From positions 24,366,001-24,430,000 of the forward strand of contig OX597842.1 of assembly GCA_951406725.2 (NCBI GenBank): a stretch of DNA of 64,000 nt, in the 5' to 3' direction. The stretch comes from Octopus vulgaris (Eukaryota). The first letter of the stretch is position 1. Every line of letters begins with the position of its first letter. A program made the position numbers and the translations under genes. The notes beneath the pieces were generated by a model. That model ran no database searches and was not told the origin of the DNA. It was given only the letters and a program-made list of their open reading frames with translations. Of the stretch, positions 1-11,807 are shown piece by piece.

Positions 1-15
1 GCAGATATTAAAGTG

Positions 16-1487
16 CTAGGGTTTCTCTCCTGTATGAATGTGTTTGTGAGAATCAAGGTAACGTCTTTGAGAGAATGACATTCCGCAGACATCACATTGA
101 TGAGGTTTCTCTCCTGTATGAATGTATTTGTGTTTAGTAAGGCCTCTCTTCTGAGAGAATGATTTACCACAAATATCACAGTCATGTGGTTTCTCTTCTG
201 TATGAATGGATGTGTGAGAAGAAAGGTGACTTTTTTGAGAGAATGATTTACCACAAATATCACATTCATATGGTTTCTCACCTGTATGAATGAATTTGTG
301 AGTAGTTAAATTACATTTTAATGAAAAGATTTACCACAGATATCACAGGGATATGGTTTCTCTCCTGTATGAATGGATTTGTGATAAGTAAGGCTACTCA
401 TTTGAGAGAATGATTTACCACAAATATCACACTGATATGGTTTCTCACCTGTATGAATGAATTTGTGAGTCGTTAAATTACGTTTTAATGAAAAAGATTT
501 ACCACAGATATCACATTGATATGGTTTCTCTCCTGTATGAACGGATTTGTGATAAGTAAGTCTATGCTTTTGAGAAAATGATTTACCACAAATATCACAT
601 TGATAAGGTTTCTCTCCTGTATGAATGTATTTGTGAGAAGTCAGGTGAATTTTCTGAGAGAATGATTTTCCACAGATATCACAGTGATAAGGTTTCTCTC
701 CTGTATGAATGGATAAGTGATAAGTAAGGCTGTGCTTATGGGAGAATGATTTACCACAAATATCACATTGATATGGTTTCTCTCCTGTATGAATGAATTT
801 GTGAGAAGTCAGGTGAATTTTCTGAGAGAATGATTTTCCACATATATCACAGGGATGTGGTTTCTCCCCTGTATGACTGACTTTGTGATAAGTAAGGCTA
901 TGCTTAAAGGAGAATGATTTACCACAAATATCACAGTAATATGGTTTCTCACCTGTATGAATGGATTTGTGATTCGTAAGGTTACTTTTACCAGAGAATG
1001 ATTTACCACAAATATCACACTGATATGGTTTCTCTCCTGTATGAGTGGATTTGTGACAAGTAAGGCTAATCTTATGAGAGAATGATTTACCACAAATATC
1101 ACACTGATAAGGTTTCTCTCCTGTATGAATGGATTTGTGTTGAGTAAGGCTACTTTTATGAGAGAATGATTTACCACAAATGTCACATTGATATGGTTTC
1201 TCACCTGTATGACTGTATTTGTGAGAAGTAAGGTGAACCTTCTGAAAGAATGACTTTCCACAAATATCACAGTGATACCGTTTCGCTCTTGTATGAATGT
1301 AATTATGTTTAGTAAGGTGACTTTTATCAGAGAATGATTTACCACAGACATCACAGTGATATGGCTTCCCCCCTGCATGAATGAATTTGTGAACAGTGAG
1401 ATTTCTCTTATTACAATAAGTCATTTTACAGATATCACATCGGTATGATAACGTTTTTCTTTCTTTTGTCATCTCTTGAGGATTCAT
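16..1487 (-). pseudogene. C2H2 zinc-finger locus A: 13 intact fingers, then a 1-bp frameshift near 322; four more fingers would continue to TAG at 16-18
   Basis: ORF 318-1511 has repeated [10 protein letters not shown]...H-TGEKPY; first ATG at 1487 (MNPQEM). At ~321 the sequence is atgaaaagat versus atgaaaaagat in paralog B. A homopolymer sequencing error is possible. Confidence 0.85.
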
Positions 1488-1815
1488 TATTGTTCTATAG
1501 TATACAAACACAAAGTATATATTTTGCTTCCTTTTTTATATATTTCTATTGCTGATATTCCCAGCAGTTATGATCTTCATCAATATCTGAAGATGATACA
1601 AACACCTTTGCAGATATCTCCCGCTCCAAACAGAATGTGAAATACTTTAGCAAATTTTCCAGGCAATGATGGAAACAAATGTTGCCATCAATTCAGAAGA
1701 AATATTTCACAGTTTTCCACCATAGACAAATCATATAAACAGAGTTATGTCAAATATTTATAACATCTTCCATTAGATGATCAATATTCATGAAGTATCA
1801 CTAACATTTCACCTC

Positions 1816-1845
1816 CTGAAATGACACAGAAACAGAAGATATAGG
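1816..1845 (-). promoter_or_regulatory. Splice acceptor of the coding exon of locus A
   Basis: Minus strand reads TCTTCTGTTTCTGTGTCATTTCAG|GAG; a homologous acceptor lies upstream of all 8 loci. Confidence 0.7.
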
Positions 1846-1970
1846 AAAAACTTAAAAAGCAGAGATTCAACTATAAAAAAAATATAACTACATCTTCATA
1901 AGGATAAACTGTGGATATAATCCTTTAATTTGTCTTTGAAATTTATTTATGGTAATTTATAATATGGTAA

Positions 1971-2176
1971 CCCTTTTGTTACCATATTTCTGCTGAGATT
2001 CAGTGTGTTTCTTTCAATTATTTTAAATATAATAAAGAACTTAGTTATCATTCAACTAGTGTTAGGAACATAAATTGTAACTAAGGTTTGGTGGAGATTT
2101 TAATTCAAAACTTATGAAAACAAGACATTTTACCACAGAGCCAGAGTCGGTTTTGGCCGGGTTAGTAACAAAAGGG
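1971..2176. mobile_element. piggyBac-like MITE in intron 1 (copies in C, D, F; partial in B)
   Basis: TIR CCCTTTTGTTAC...GTAACAAAAGGG after a degenerate TTAA; absent from the homologous intron of E. Confidence 0.55.
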
Positions 2177-2289
2177 TGTGGTCTTTGAAATTTATTTTGT
2201 TATTAAAATTATATGATACAACCTTGTGTAATGTCTACATATACACGGACTTCAGTTCCTCTTCCTTCAGATATTATGTAAAACATTAT

Positions 2290-2509
2290 CCCTTTAGTGT
2301 TCAGATTATTCTGTTAAATGTAATTCTTTTTCACTCAAATTGTTTTGAATTAATCATGCATTATCTTATAGCTTTCAGGTTTCAATGATGTGATTGTTTA
2401 TTTCTAGAATGTCAATGTAGGTTAGGTGTGAGAGGCCAGATACCGCCAGTTTGAATATAAAACATGCAGAATATCTGGGCCTGATATGGCCGGTTTAAAC
2501 AATAAAGGG
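2290..2509. mobile_element. Second piggyBac-like MITE in intron 1 (copies in C, D, F)
   Basis: TIR CCCTTTAGTGTT...AACAATAAAGGG; empty site in the E intron near 36590-36600. Confidence 0.55.
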
Positions 2510-2811
2510 TTCAACTATAGGATATTGGACAATAATATGATAAGTGACTACTGTTTAACCCTAGGTTATCCCTTACTGAGCAGATCTATTATTAATGAAA
2601 TTAGGTAATGTTCATGATTGTTACAACTTCTGTAACAGATCAAACATAAACATAAACTACAATTTAGTGAACCAACCCATCATGACATTTCCTCTGGTAA
2701 ACTTTATTAATAATAAAAACAAACTGCACTCACATATGTTGAAGGTGTGGTCACTAATTTAGAGAAAGTGTTCTGTGAATTGACGTATGAAGAGTAGAGC
2801 CAGGACAGAAT

Positions 2812-2987
2812 GGCGATCCTTCGGTATAGGTACACACGTGACCTTGTTTACATTTCTGAAGATAACATAAACCCTTTTCTCCCACCCCTAACCCTAAACC
2901 ACCCCCCACCCACATATAAAAACACACCTTTTTGAAATGTATCCGGTACTTCCGGAAGCACACCGGTACTTATACCGTAAGATCACC
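2812..2987. mobile_element. MITE of the GGCGATC family (Merlin-type ends); copies at ~18296-18439, ~22126-22302, ~41868-42030
   Basis: TIR GGCGATCCTTCGGTATA...TATACCGTAAGATCACC; internal CCCTAACCCTAA. Confidence 0.6.
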
Positions 2988-3022
2988 TTTCTAAAAGAAA
3001 GTAAATAAAACACTAAAACACA

Positions 3023-3358
3023 GGTACTACTAGCGAAGACTGGACCCGGTACGCGCTAGCTAGTCGTAAGTAGTCGATCCTACAACGACTTGCGCGTATG
3101 CAAATGAGTTGATTTTACAGAATAAAATAAAAGAATTTTTTTAAAGAAAGTAAATAAATTATTTCTTAGAACAATGTGTATGATTTTTTTACACAAATCA
3201 AATAAAATGTGTGATATATTCTTTTAGTTTTCATATTCTTTAGTAAATAATTTCTTTTTTAACTAATTAAATAAAATAAAAACACAAAGTAAGGATCTAC
3301 TAGTCACGACTAACAAGCGCGAGTGCGCACACCGGGACCACTCTTCTAGAGTAGTACC
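3023..3358. mobile_element. MITE of the GGTACTACT family; copies in the C, D and F introns, fragments at ~14190-14290 and ~46530-46670
   Basis: Imperfect long TIRs GGTACTACT...AGTAGTACC around an AT-rich core. Confidence 0.55.
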
Positions 3359-3780
3359 CATCGCCAGTTTATGAAATTTGCCGATTCTGTCTACAAAAGG
3401 CTGTATCTGCTTTTTATCATAGTGCTATCACTGGCCACATGTTTCAGTTAGCTATTGATGTTTTATGATGTTGCAGATTATTTATTCTGAGAAGCTGAAA
3501 TGGACAGAATTATTAACGTGTATCATTTTGACAGAATAAACAGCAAATACAGATGTTTAGCAAATGATACATCTGTGATAAAACAACAAACAGCTTTGAA
3601 TGGACACAACCAGCAAATGGTTTATCTACCAAAATAATTGAAATTAAAAACCAGGTGCTTTACTGGACAATAGAATTAATATCGATTTCAGACTAGTATT
3701 ATTTAAAACTATCAATACTGTCTGGATTTTCCAATTAGCCAGATACATAGGCTTTTACTAAAATGAAAATATGTATTACA

Positions 3781-4075
3781 ACTTACCTCTGATGATAATT
3801 TAGTCGCTGTTTTATAAGAAATATTTTTAATTACACACTCGAACGAGCGGGAAATATTACTGGAAGACACATAGAAAAGCCGACACGGAATGTCAACGAA
3901 ACGAACTAACAATCCGGTTGTTGTGCGCTTCGTAATTACTCATTTTTGTCTGAATTTAAGGTTGTAAACTGTTAATGTTTGTTTATAACTATAATAAATA
4001 TTTGAAAATTTGAATTGGGCCAAGGTAACGAATAGCCACACCACCCGTTTTTGGCGGTTACGGTTACGCCGGAGT
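3781..4075 (-). promoter_or_regulatory. Putative promoter and non-coding exon 1 of locus A (donor GAG|GTAAGT at 3787/3786)
   Basis: CpG-containing conserved block GTTCGTTTCGTTGACATTCCGTGTCGGCTTTT followed ~90 nt later by a consensus donor; the same module lies upstream of C, D, E, F, G, H. Confidence 0.65.
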
Positions 4076-4241
4076 CACATAACATACTTAACTTCTTTAT
4101 TTTCATATAAAGCATATAAGCTTGTACAACTTATAGAACATTGCCATTTTATGAGATTTTGCTGGCAAATTTCAAATTAATGTAAACAATAGCGGTGTTG
4201 GTGGCAACAACAACAACACGAGCGTACGAAAGAGAAACCAC

Positions 4242-4470
4242 GGATCTTTTCCTTTTGAACGACAGTTTTTTAACATAATTTCTAGGTAACTAAAAAGTTT
4301 TAAACTTCGTATACTGGTAGAATGTGTCAAAATAAAACATCTTTTTCTTTTGGCTTTCTTGAGAAAATTGTAATTTGTAATTTTAACGTAGTTTAATTTT
4401 TCGAATTTTAACCAATCCTATGCCCTCTATTGAGCTAAAATCATTTTCTGCGTCTAAAAGTGGTACCTGT
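4242..4470. mobile_element. Partial MITE of the GGATCTTTTC family
   Basis: Starts GGATCTTTTTCCTTTTGAACG; matches arms at 14613, 24980 and 45044. Confidence 0.6.
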
Positions 4471-4479
4471 CCTATATAT

Positions 4480-5095
4480 TGATACAAAGAATGCCGTTTG
4501 AAAGGAAGACAAGTGAAGCGCTCCTGTGGAAGATCGAAAAATACTCCAGTTTGTAGGAACAGAATTTCCGAGTGAAGTTTCTAGCCATGGAGGTTCGATC
4601 GAGAGATCTTGTGGGCAAATCACCTTACGATTTAAAGAAACAACCCGGATATTTTCCTTTTGAACGGCAGACAATTTCTGGTTAACTAAACACTTTTAAA
4701 CTTCGTATTCTGGTAGAATGTGTTTATAAAACATCCAATCTGTTTCTTAAACGAGGGACATATTCATGCAGCACGGAATGTTGTTTACGTCAATGGAGGT
4801 CAGCGATTGGTTAAAATTGCCGAAATGCTCGAAATTAAAGACGAAATATGTTACAAACTATAACATTTTCTCAATAAAGCCAAGAGAAAAAGATGTTTTA
4901 TAAAGACATTCTACCAGTATACAAAGTTTAAAAGTGTTTAGTTACTAGAAATTGTGTAGAAAACTGACGTTCAGAAGGAAAAGATCCAACAACCCTCAGT
5001 CTCTGGGAAGAACATGGGCAATGCTCTAGAGGCAATATCAGAGACAGCAGAGAGCTATTCCAGCTGGATCTGGTCGAAGAGGAATGAAGACGAAA
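4480..5095 (+). mobile_element. 3' fragment of an RLE-type (HERO/NeSL-like) non-LTR retrotransposon, interrupted by a MITE
   Basis: Conceptual translation PFERK..EA...K.EKY..L...AMEVRSRDLVGKS...ALEAISETAESYSSWIWSKR resembles the restriction-like endonuclease C-terminus. Confidence 0.55.
4647..4987. mobile_element. Merlin-type MITE (GGATCTTTTC family) with 8-bp TSD
   Basis: GGATATTTTCCTTTTGAACGGCAG...GAAGGAAAAGATCC flanked by AACAACCC at 4639-4646 and 4988-4995. Confidence 0.75.
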
Positions 5096-5374
5096 TATAA
5101 AGTTTGAAGTCATTTCTTTCTGTTTAATGCTAAGGGAAGTAACTCTGAGCCATTATAATATCACTGATGTTTCACCCCTACCATGAAATCAAACGTTATT
5201 TCTTCTTTCAGCACTAATTTGAAGGATTAATTAACGGGGAGAAGTTACAACCAGATGAAATTTCAGGCGGTTTAAGTGTAAAAGTCTCCCATTCACTGTA
5301 TCTTGATATTTAATTAAATAATATCAACAGATTCCATGAACAGCGAGGCTCACCAATGGAGAAGTTCTTAAGCA

Positions 5375-5657
5375 GAAAAGGCCGAAAATGTCGCTAGAAG
5401 ATGGGATCACCAAGGATAGAGTGGCATATTTCGGTCATATTATGCGGAGAAAATCCCTGGAGAAGGACATCATGCTCGGAATGGTCAGTGGCAAAAGAGG
5501 AAGAGGCCGACCAAGAACCCGCTGGCTTGACACCATCAAGAGTGATACCGGAATGGACATGGCCAATCTGAAAGAAGCGGCCCAGGATAGAACTGACTGG
5601 AGGACACTGATCCAACGAGTGATCAAGAGTCGACTTCGACTGAGCGGATAGAGAGAA
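5375..5657 (+). mobile_element. RTE-clade LINE 3' end
   Basis: YFGHIMRR..LEK.IMLG.V.GKR.RGRPR.RWLD is the typical RTE ORF C-terminus. Confidence 0.85.
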
Positions 5658-5959
5658 AATAAACGCTTATAGTAGGTTAGTTTGGAGACGTGTGTGACTT
5701 TTATCATACACTGATCCACTGTGAATTCTATAATTTACGTGTGTGTCACCATTACAACATTTGGTAGAATGTTCTGCGTATAAAATGAGAGGAGAAAAGA
5801 GTAAGACAACTTTAATTTTCTTTCTGTTTATTAAATTAATTCACAAAATCTGATGAGATTTTAGGAATTTAGAATAAAATAATCATGCTGTATCATCCGT
5901 TTCATGAGTTAGACAAGGGACATGTTTGGACCCCTAGCACATTCCTGAGTGAAAGATTT

Positions 5960-6246
<287 letters not shown>

Positions 6247-7309
6247 CTATACTCGAGGATTTACGGTAGTCTCCCCCTACTTAGTAAGATAAATTTTTCC
6301 CTTTTTTTTTCTGGTTGCAAGAAAGAAGGACCCAGTGCACAGGGTAAAGTTGTTGGTGCTAGGAACGGCATTCAGCCGTGGAAACTATAGCAAAGCTGGC
6401 ATGGATTGATGAGGAATACGAAAGAAGGAAGGTGGGTGGATGGACCTGTACACATGTACCGTAAATCCTCAAGTACAGTCCACCCTTGAACAAATAACAA
6501 TAATAGTTTATTATTTCACAGAAGGAGATACTTCATCGCTGGTCATTGGTAGCGTGAATGCCAGGGTTAGGAAGGCAGCAGAGTTAAATTAAATCACCAT
6601 GGTTAAAACAGTCTTCACCGCCAGCCGAGTCTGGTTCGCCCCTTCGCTCGAAGCCTTGTCGGGACACGTCTTAATTCATCGATTGCCAAGAGAGGCGGAA
6701 TAGCGGCAAAGACTAACTGCTCCTGATTACTGCTCATGCGCATCAGGGGACTTCTGGCAGCCTACCAGAAGACACCAAACATTGTACATGCGCAAACGTA
6801 CATCACAAAATGCTGTCTAAAACCTGGCGTCACTACAAGTTAAACCAAATCGCTCAATTATATTACTCTAAATCCCCAAAATTCCATATCCTCGAGTTTT
6901 GTCTTCAGCCAGCCTAACCCTGGTCCCTCTTTTCCCCTTTCTCTCTTCCGTTAATCACTTGCTTCTCCCAACATGATGACATTACCTCCGCTACCCCTAC
7001 CCGACCCTATATAAATTAACTCCGTTCAGATTACCCTACCTCATATTTTAAAATCTTGCCACATGAAATAGAAGTCAAAGATGTTCAGATAAAAACTCTA
7101 TTTTCCAACCTAGTACACATCTAAAAACCTCTTTTTAAAGTGCAAATTATAATTACTTTATTATTTCATTATCTGTCTATGTACCCACAGTTTCATCTTC
7201 CATGCCGTATGTTAGAGAAAACTTAAGATCCCTATGTTCAATCCCTCTTTCTCCATTGTCCCTCCCTTTTATGCTCATTTATTATTGTTATTCATTCATT
7301 CATAAGCCC

Positions 7310-7760
7310 CTTTGACTATTGCTCTCAGCTATGGTCACCATCCAGTGTCAAATTAATCACAGAACTTGAGGCAATCCAACAAAGCTACACAAAGAAGATA
7401 AGCTCTGTGCAGCATATAAGCTATTGGGAAAGACTCAAGAGATTAAGACTCTATTCCTTAGAGCGTAGGCGAGAAAAATATGCCATAATATACATCTGGA
7501 AGATCCTAGAAGGACTTGTCCCAAACTTTGGCATCGAGAGTTACACAAATACTAGAACTGGGCGCCACTGCATAGTGCCAAGGACTCCAAATTTGCCATC
7601 AAGATATAGGACAAGATACTGTGATAGCCTGGGCTTCAGAGGTTCACAGCTCTTCAATATCCTCCCGAAGAACCTGTGAGACCTGCATGGGGTGGATGCA
7701 GATGTCTTTAAAATTAAACTGGATCTCTTCCTGTCAGGTATCCTAGATGAACCAACTTCA
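7310..7760 (+). mobile_element. CR1/L2-group LINE RT C-terminal fragment
   Basis: DYCSQLWSP...LEAIQ...ISYWERLKRLRLYSLERRRE...LFNILP...FKIKLD motifs with stops. Confidence 0.8.
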
Positions 7761-8229
7761 TCGAACTCTCTCATGCACCAAATGGCAATTGCTAAAAAGC
7801 ATTCGTGAAGTAAAATCATGTAGCAACACCAAATATACTTTATCTAATTTTGACACAGTTTGGCTAACCGAATACGGTTGCTTAAAGCTCTAGTTAAGAA
7901 TGCGAATGTCCAGTTCTATCTCATTATTATTATCATTGTTGTTATTCTTTTGCACCGGCAGCCAGAGTGTTTGCCATTTCGTGGTGTGTCCGCCCATCCC
8001 ACCCCCATCACCTATACTGGAAGTCCCAATGCTCTGACCCCCATTGGATGCCTTTCCCCTGAACACCTCCAATGGCTTAGATGCTCCCCCATCCATACTT
8101 AGTGTTTACCTCCTGTGGAATGCAGTGATAATTTAGTGCACAAAATAATGGTGTAGTGTATGCAGGTTGAAGGCTATTGTATGTTTATGAGTTCTGTCAA
8201 ATTCAAGCTTTCTTTTCAGGTACCTGATG

Positions 8230-8636
8230 CTGCTGTCCCCCACCTCAGGATCTTGCAGGTCCACACCTTCCACAACCTCAGAATTGGCACATTGAAAGAT
8301 AGGTCTGGTGAGATTGTTGAGATTCTTGAATGGAGCCATGTAGATTTGTGCTGCTTCCAAGAAGTAAGGTGGAGAGGAAGTTCTACTAGGTTCCTCACAA
8401 GCAAAGAACGTAGGTATAAGATTTTCTGGGTAGGGAATACTGATGGAGTTGAGGGCATGGATATACTTCTTGCAGAGAGAATGGGTTGATAAGGTAATCA
8501 AGGTAGTCAGAATCTGTGATAGAATACTTAAGCTTAGATTAGTGTTGCAACATGGATTAGCAACCATAATCTTGGCTTATGCCCCTCAGCCAGGGTTACC
8601 TGATAAACAGAAAGACCGATTTCATGGCACCCTCTT
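8230..8636 (+). mobile_element. RTE-like LINE APE endonuclease N-terminal fragment
   Basis: LRIGTLKDRSGEIVEIL...VDLCCFQEVRWRG...AYAPQ motifs, frameshifted. Confidence 0.75.
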
Positions 8637-8638
8637 CT

Positions 8639-8995
8639 ACTTACTTGTACTTGTGGCGACATTCACCCCAGGCGGGTTGAGTCGGCTTCTACCACCCTCG
8701 AGGCATCTCGAACCATGGCAACCCACGCACGACGGTCCTGCGCCAGTTCACTGGAGATAGCAAGCCAGTCACGGTTCCATCGGCGCAGGCAGACCACCTG
8801 TGGACCCGTGAGCACAGAGAGGTCCTCCTTGATCGTCGTAACCCAAGTCCTCACCTGCCCGCCCATGCGTTTCCGCCAGTTGGGAAGTGGAGTTGGGAGG
8901 ACATCACGACTCAGTTCACCCACCGGATGCCTACATGCATGTCCAAACCACCGCAAGCGCCGTTGCAGAAGGACAGATGGAAGGGGCCCCAGAGA
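8639..8995 (-). mobile_element. RTE-like LINE 3' end with short CAAGTA tail
   Basis: RLRWFGHACR...WRKRMGGQ.RTW...LAQDRRAW translation; tail acttacttgtacttg on the plus strand. Confidence 0.75.
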
Positions 8996-9479
8996 TTGGC
9001 GGTGGGAGTATACTTTACTCGGACCAGTCTACTCTCATCACAACAGGTGCCATTCTAACCAAGATGCCCATCATAGATCCCTGCTTGGTGTCTGGTAAGA
9101 ACAAGACCATGAAAACCGGATCTACAGAATGATTTAGCAAAAAATAAGTAGGCTGTATCATCCACTCTACACCAAACACTATGACAAAAGCAGTAGGCCT
9201 CCAGTTTGTTCTAGAATATGTGGGTTGCTATCACAAATACTGCAAATCCTGAGACTCAAAACATGTCCAGGAGGACACAACCGATCGTAATTGGGAACTG
9301 GAATGTCATATATTGGTGTGATAATGACACATCCACAAGAAAATAGAACAAATTCATTTAATCAATATTATTTGAATGGAAAACACACATCATAATTAAT
9401 GAGTTGAAGCAAATGAGGAAAATGGAAACAATTAATTTATTCAATAAAAATTAATACAATTGCTGTATTTTATTCACCA

Positions 9480-10113
9480 GGCATAGGAGTGGCTGTATGG
9501 TAAGTAGCTTGCTTACCAACCACATGGTCCCGGGTTCAGTTTCATTGTGTGGCACCTTGGGCAAGTGTCTTCTACAATAGCTTCGGGCTGACCAAAGCCT
9601 TGTGAGTGGATTTTGTAGACGGAAACTGAAAAGAAGCCCGTCGTATATATCATCATCATCGTTTAACGTCCGTTTTCCATGCTAGCATGGGTTGGACGGT
9701 TCAACCAGAGTCTGGGAAGCCAGGAGGCTGCACCAGGCTCCAGTCGGATCTGGCACTGTTTCTACAGCTGGATGCCCTTCCTAACGCCAACCACTCCTTG
9801 AGTGTAGTGGGTACTTTTTACGTGCCACCTACACAGGTACCAGACGAGGCTGGCAAACGGCAACGATCAGATGGTGCTTTTTACGTCCCACATGTGTGTG
9901 TACGATTGTGTGCCTTTGTTTGTCCCCGCAACATCGCTTGACAACCGATGCTGGTGTGTTTATGTCCCTGTAACTTAGCAGTTCGGCAAAAGAGACAGAT
10001 AGAATAAGTACTAGGCTTACAAAGAATAAGTCCTGGGGTCGATATGCTCGACTAAAGGCGGTGCTCCAACATGGCCACAGTCAAATGACTGAACCAAGTG
10101 AAAGAAAGAAAAG
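9480..10113 (+). mobile_element. tRNA-derived octopus-type SINE containing a nested second SINE
   Basis: A-box TGGCTGTATGG, B-box GGGTTCAGTTTC, central CCTTGGGCAAG, (GAAA)n tail; several copies in the window. Confidence 0.8.
9648..9890 (-). mobile_element. Second SINE family with (ATG)n tail, nested in the microsatellite of the host SINE
   Basis: catcatcatcgtttaacgtcc...gatgcccttcctaacgccaacc; related copies at ~12461-12595 and ~35728-35962. Confidence 0.7.
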
Positions 10114-10179
10114 ACATCTATTTTATCCCAGTTATTTTTATAGATCAATATGAATAAAATATGTTTAGTTAAGGTAGAT

Positions 10180-10586
10180 TATTGAGAGAATGATTTAGCA
10201 CAGATTACACAGTCATAAGAATCTTACCCTGTATGAATATGTTTGTGTTTAGTTAAGTAATTACGAGAGATTGATTAATCACTGATGTCACAGCGTTACG
10301 GTTTTTCTCCTGTATGAATGTATTCATGTTGAGTTAACCCACATGGTAAAAGAATGACAGTGCTATGGTTTCTTTCCTGTATGAATGAATTTGAGATTAG
10401 CTAAATATTGTTCCACAGAGAATGATTTAGCATAGTTATCACAGTGATAGGGCTTCTCTCTTGCATAAATACATTTGAGTATATATAGCACATTCCCAAG
10501 AGAATGATTTACCACAGATATCACAGTTATATGGTTTGTCTCCTTTATGAATAGACTTTGAATGATTTACTGCAGATATTAAAGTG
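10180..10586 (-). pseudogene. Degenerate zinc-finger repeats downstream of the stop of locus B
   Basis: Decayed ATTCATACAGGAGAGAAACC/TGTGATATC units with indels and stops. Confidence 0.7.
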
Positions 10587-11807
10587 CTAGGGTTTCTCTC
10601 CTGTATGAATGTGTTTGTGAGAATCAAGGTAACGTCTTTGAGAGAATGACATTCCGCAGACATCACATTGATGAGGTTTCTCTCCTGTATGAATGTATTT
10701 GTGTTTAGTAAGGCCTCTCTTCTGAGAGAATGATTTACCACAAATATCACAGTCATGTGGTTTCTCTTCTGTATGAATGAATGTGTGAGAAGAAAGGTGA
10801 CTTTTTTGAGAGAATGATTTACCACAAATATCACATTCATATGGTTTCTCACCTGTATGAATGAATTTGTGAGTAGTTAAATTACGTTTTAATGAAAAAG
10901 ATTTACCACAGATATCACAGGGATATGGTTTCTCTCCTGTATGAACGGATTTGTGATCAGTAAGGCAACTCATTTGAGAGAATGATTTACCACAAATATC
11001 ACACTGATATGGTTTCTCACCTGTATGAATGAATTTGTGAGTCGTTAAATTACATTTTAATGAAAAAGATTTACCACAGATATCACAGGGATATGGTTTC
11101 TCTCCTGTATGAACGGATTTGTGATAAGTAAGTCTATGCTTTTGAGAAAATGATTTACCACAAATATTACATTGATAAGGTTTCTCCCCTGTATGACTGA
11201 ATTTGTGATAAGTAAGGCTATGCTTAAAGGAGAATGATTTACCACAAATATCACAGTAATATGGTTTCTCACCTGTATGAATGGATTTGTGTTTCGTAAG
11301 ATTACTTTTATCAGAGAATGATTTACCACAAATATCACACTGATATGGTTTCTCTCCTGTATGAGTGGATTTGTGACAAGTAAGGCTAATCTTATGAGAG
11401 AATGATTTACCACAAATATCACACTGATAAGGTTTCTCTCCTGTATGAATGGATTTGTGTTTAGTAAGGCTACTTTTATGAGAGAATGATTTACCACAAA
11501 TGTCACATTGATATGGTTTCTCACCTGTATGACTATATTTGTGAGAGGTAAGGTGAACCTTCTGAAAGAATGACTTTCCACAAATATCACAGTGATACCG
11601 TTTCGCTCTTGTATGAATGTAATTGTGTTTAGTAAGGTGACTTTTATCAGAGAATGATTTACCACAGACATCACAGTGATATGGCTTCCCCCCTGCATGA
11701 ATGAATTTGTGAACAGTGAGATTTCTCTTATTAGAATAAGTCTTTTTACAGATATCACATTGGTATGATAATTTTTCTCTTTCTTTTGTCATCTCTTGAG
11801 GATTCAT
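10587..11807 (-). CDS. C2H2 zinc-finger protein, locus B (14 fingers, intact, no KRAB or other effector domain seen)
   Basis: ORF 10587-11831; ATG at 11807; 14 tandem 28-aa fingers; acceptor at ~12135. Confidence 0.88.
   Translation of the reverse strand: MNPQEMTKEREKLSYQCDICKKTYSNKRNLTVHKFIHAGGKPYHCDVCGKSFSDKSHLTKHNYIHTRAKRYHCDICGKSFFQKVHLTSHKYSHTGEKPYQCDICGKSFSHKSSLTKHKSIHTGEKPYQCDICGKSFSHKISLTCHKSTHTGEKPYQCDICGKSFSDKSNLTKHKSIHTGEKPYYCDICGKSFSFKHSLTYHKFSHTGEKPYQCNICGKSFSQKHRLTYHKSVHTGEKPYPCDICGKSFSLKCNLTTHKFIHTGEKPYQCDICGKSFSQMSCLTDHKSVHTGEKPYPCDICGKSFSLKRNLTTHKFIHTGEKPYECDICGKSFSQKSHLSSHTFIHTEEKPHDCDICGKSFSQKRGLTKHKYIHTGEKPHQCDVCGMSFSQRRYLDSHKHIHTGEKP

Noticed and set aside
809-1378. Alternative-frame and antisense ORFs over ZNF arrays (IQERNH..., MIYHRYH...)
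   Set aside because: Shadow frames of the 84-bp finger repeat; not annotated as genes.
1488-1511. GTG-started N-terminal extensions (MFVYYRTI/MLVYYRTI) in the ORF track
   Set aside because: Artefact of allowing bacterial start codons; the first in-frame ATG was used instead.
2176-2388. 70-aa ORF conserved in four copies (MWSLKFILL...)
   Set aside because: GTG start, antisense to the intron, spans a MITE junction; conservation reflects recent duplication.
9480-9560. tRNA-like A/B boxes
   Set aside because: SINE heads, not tRNA genes; no cloverleaf evident.
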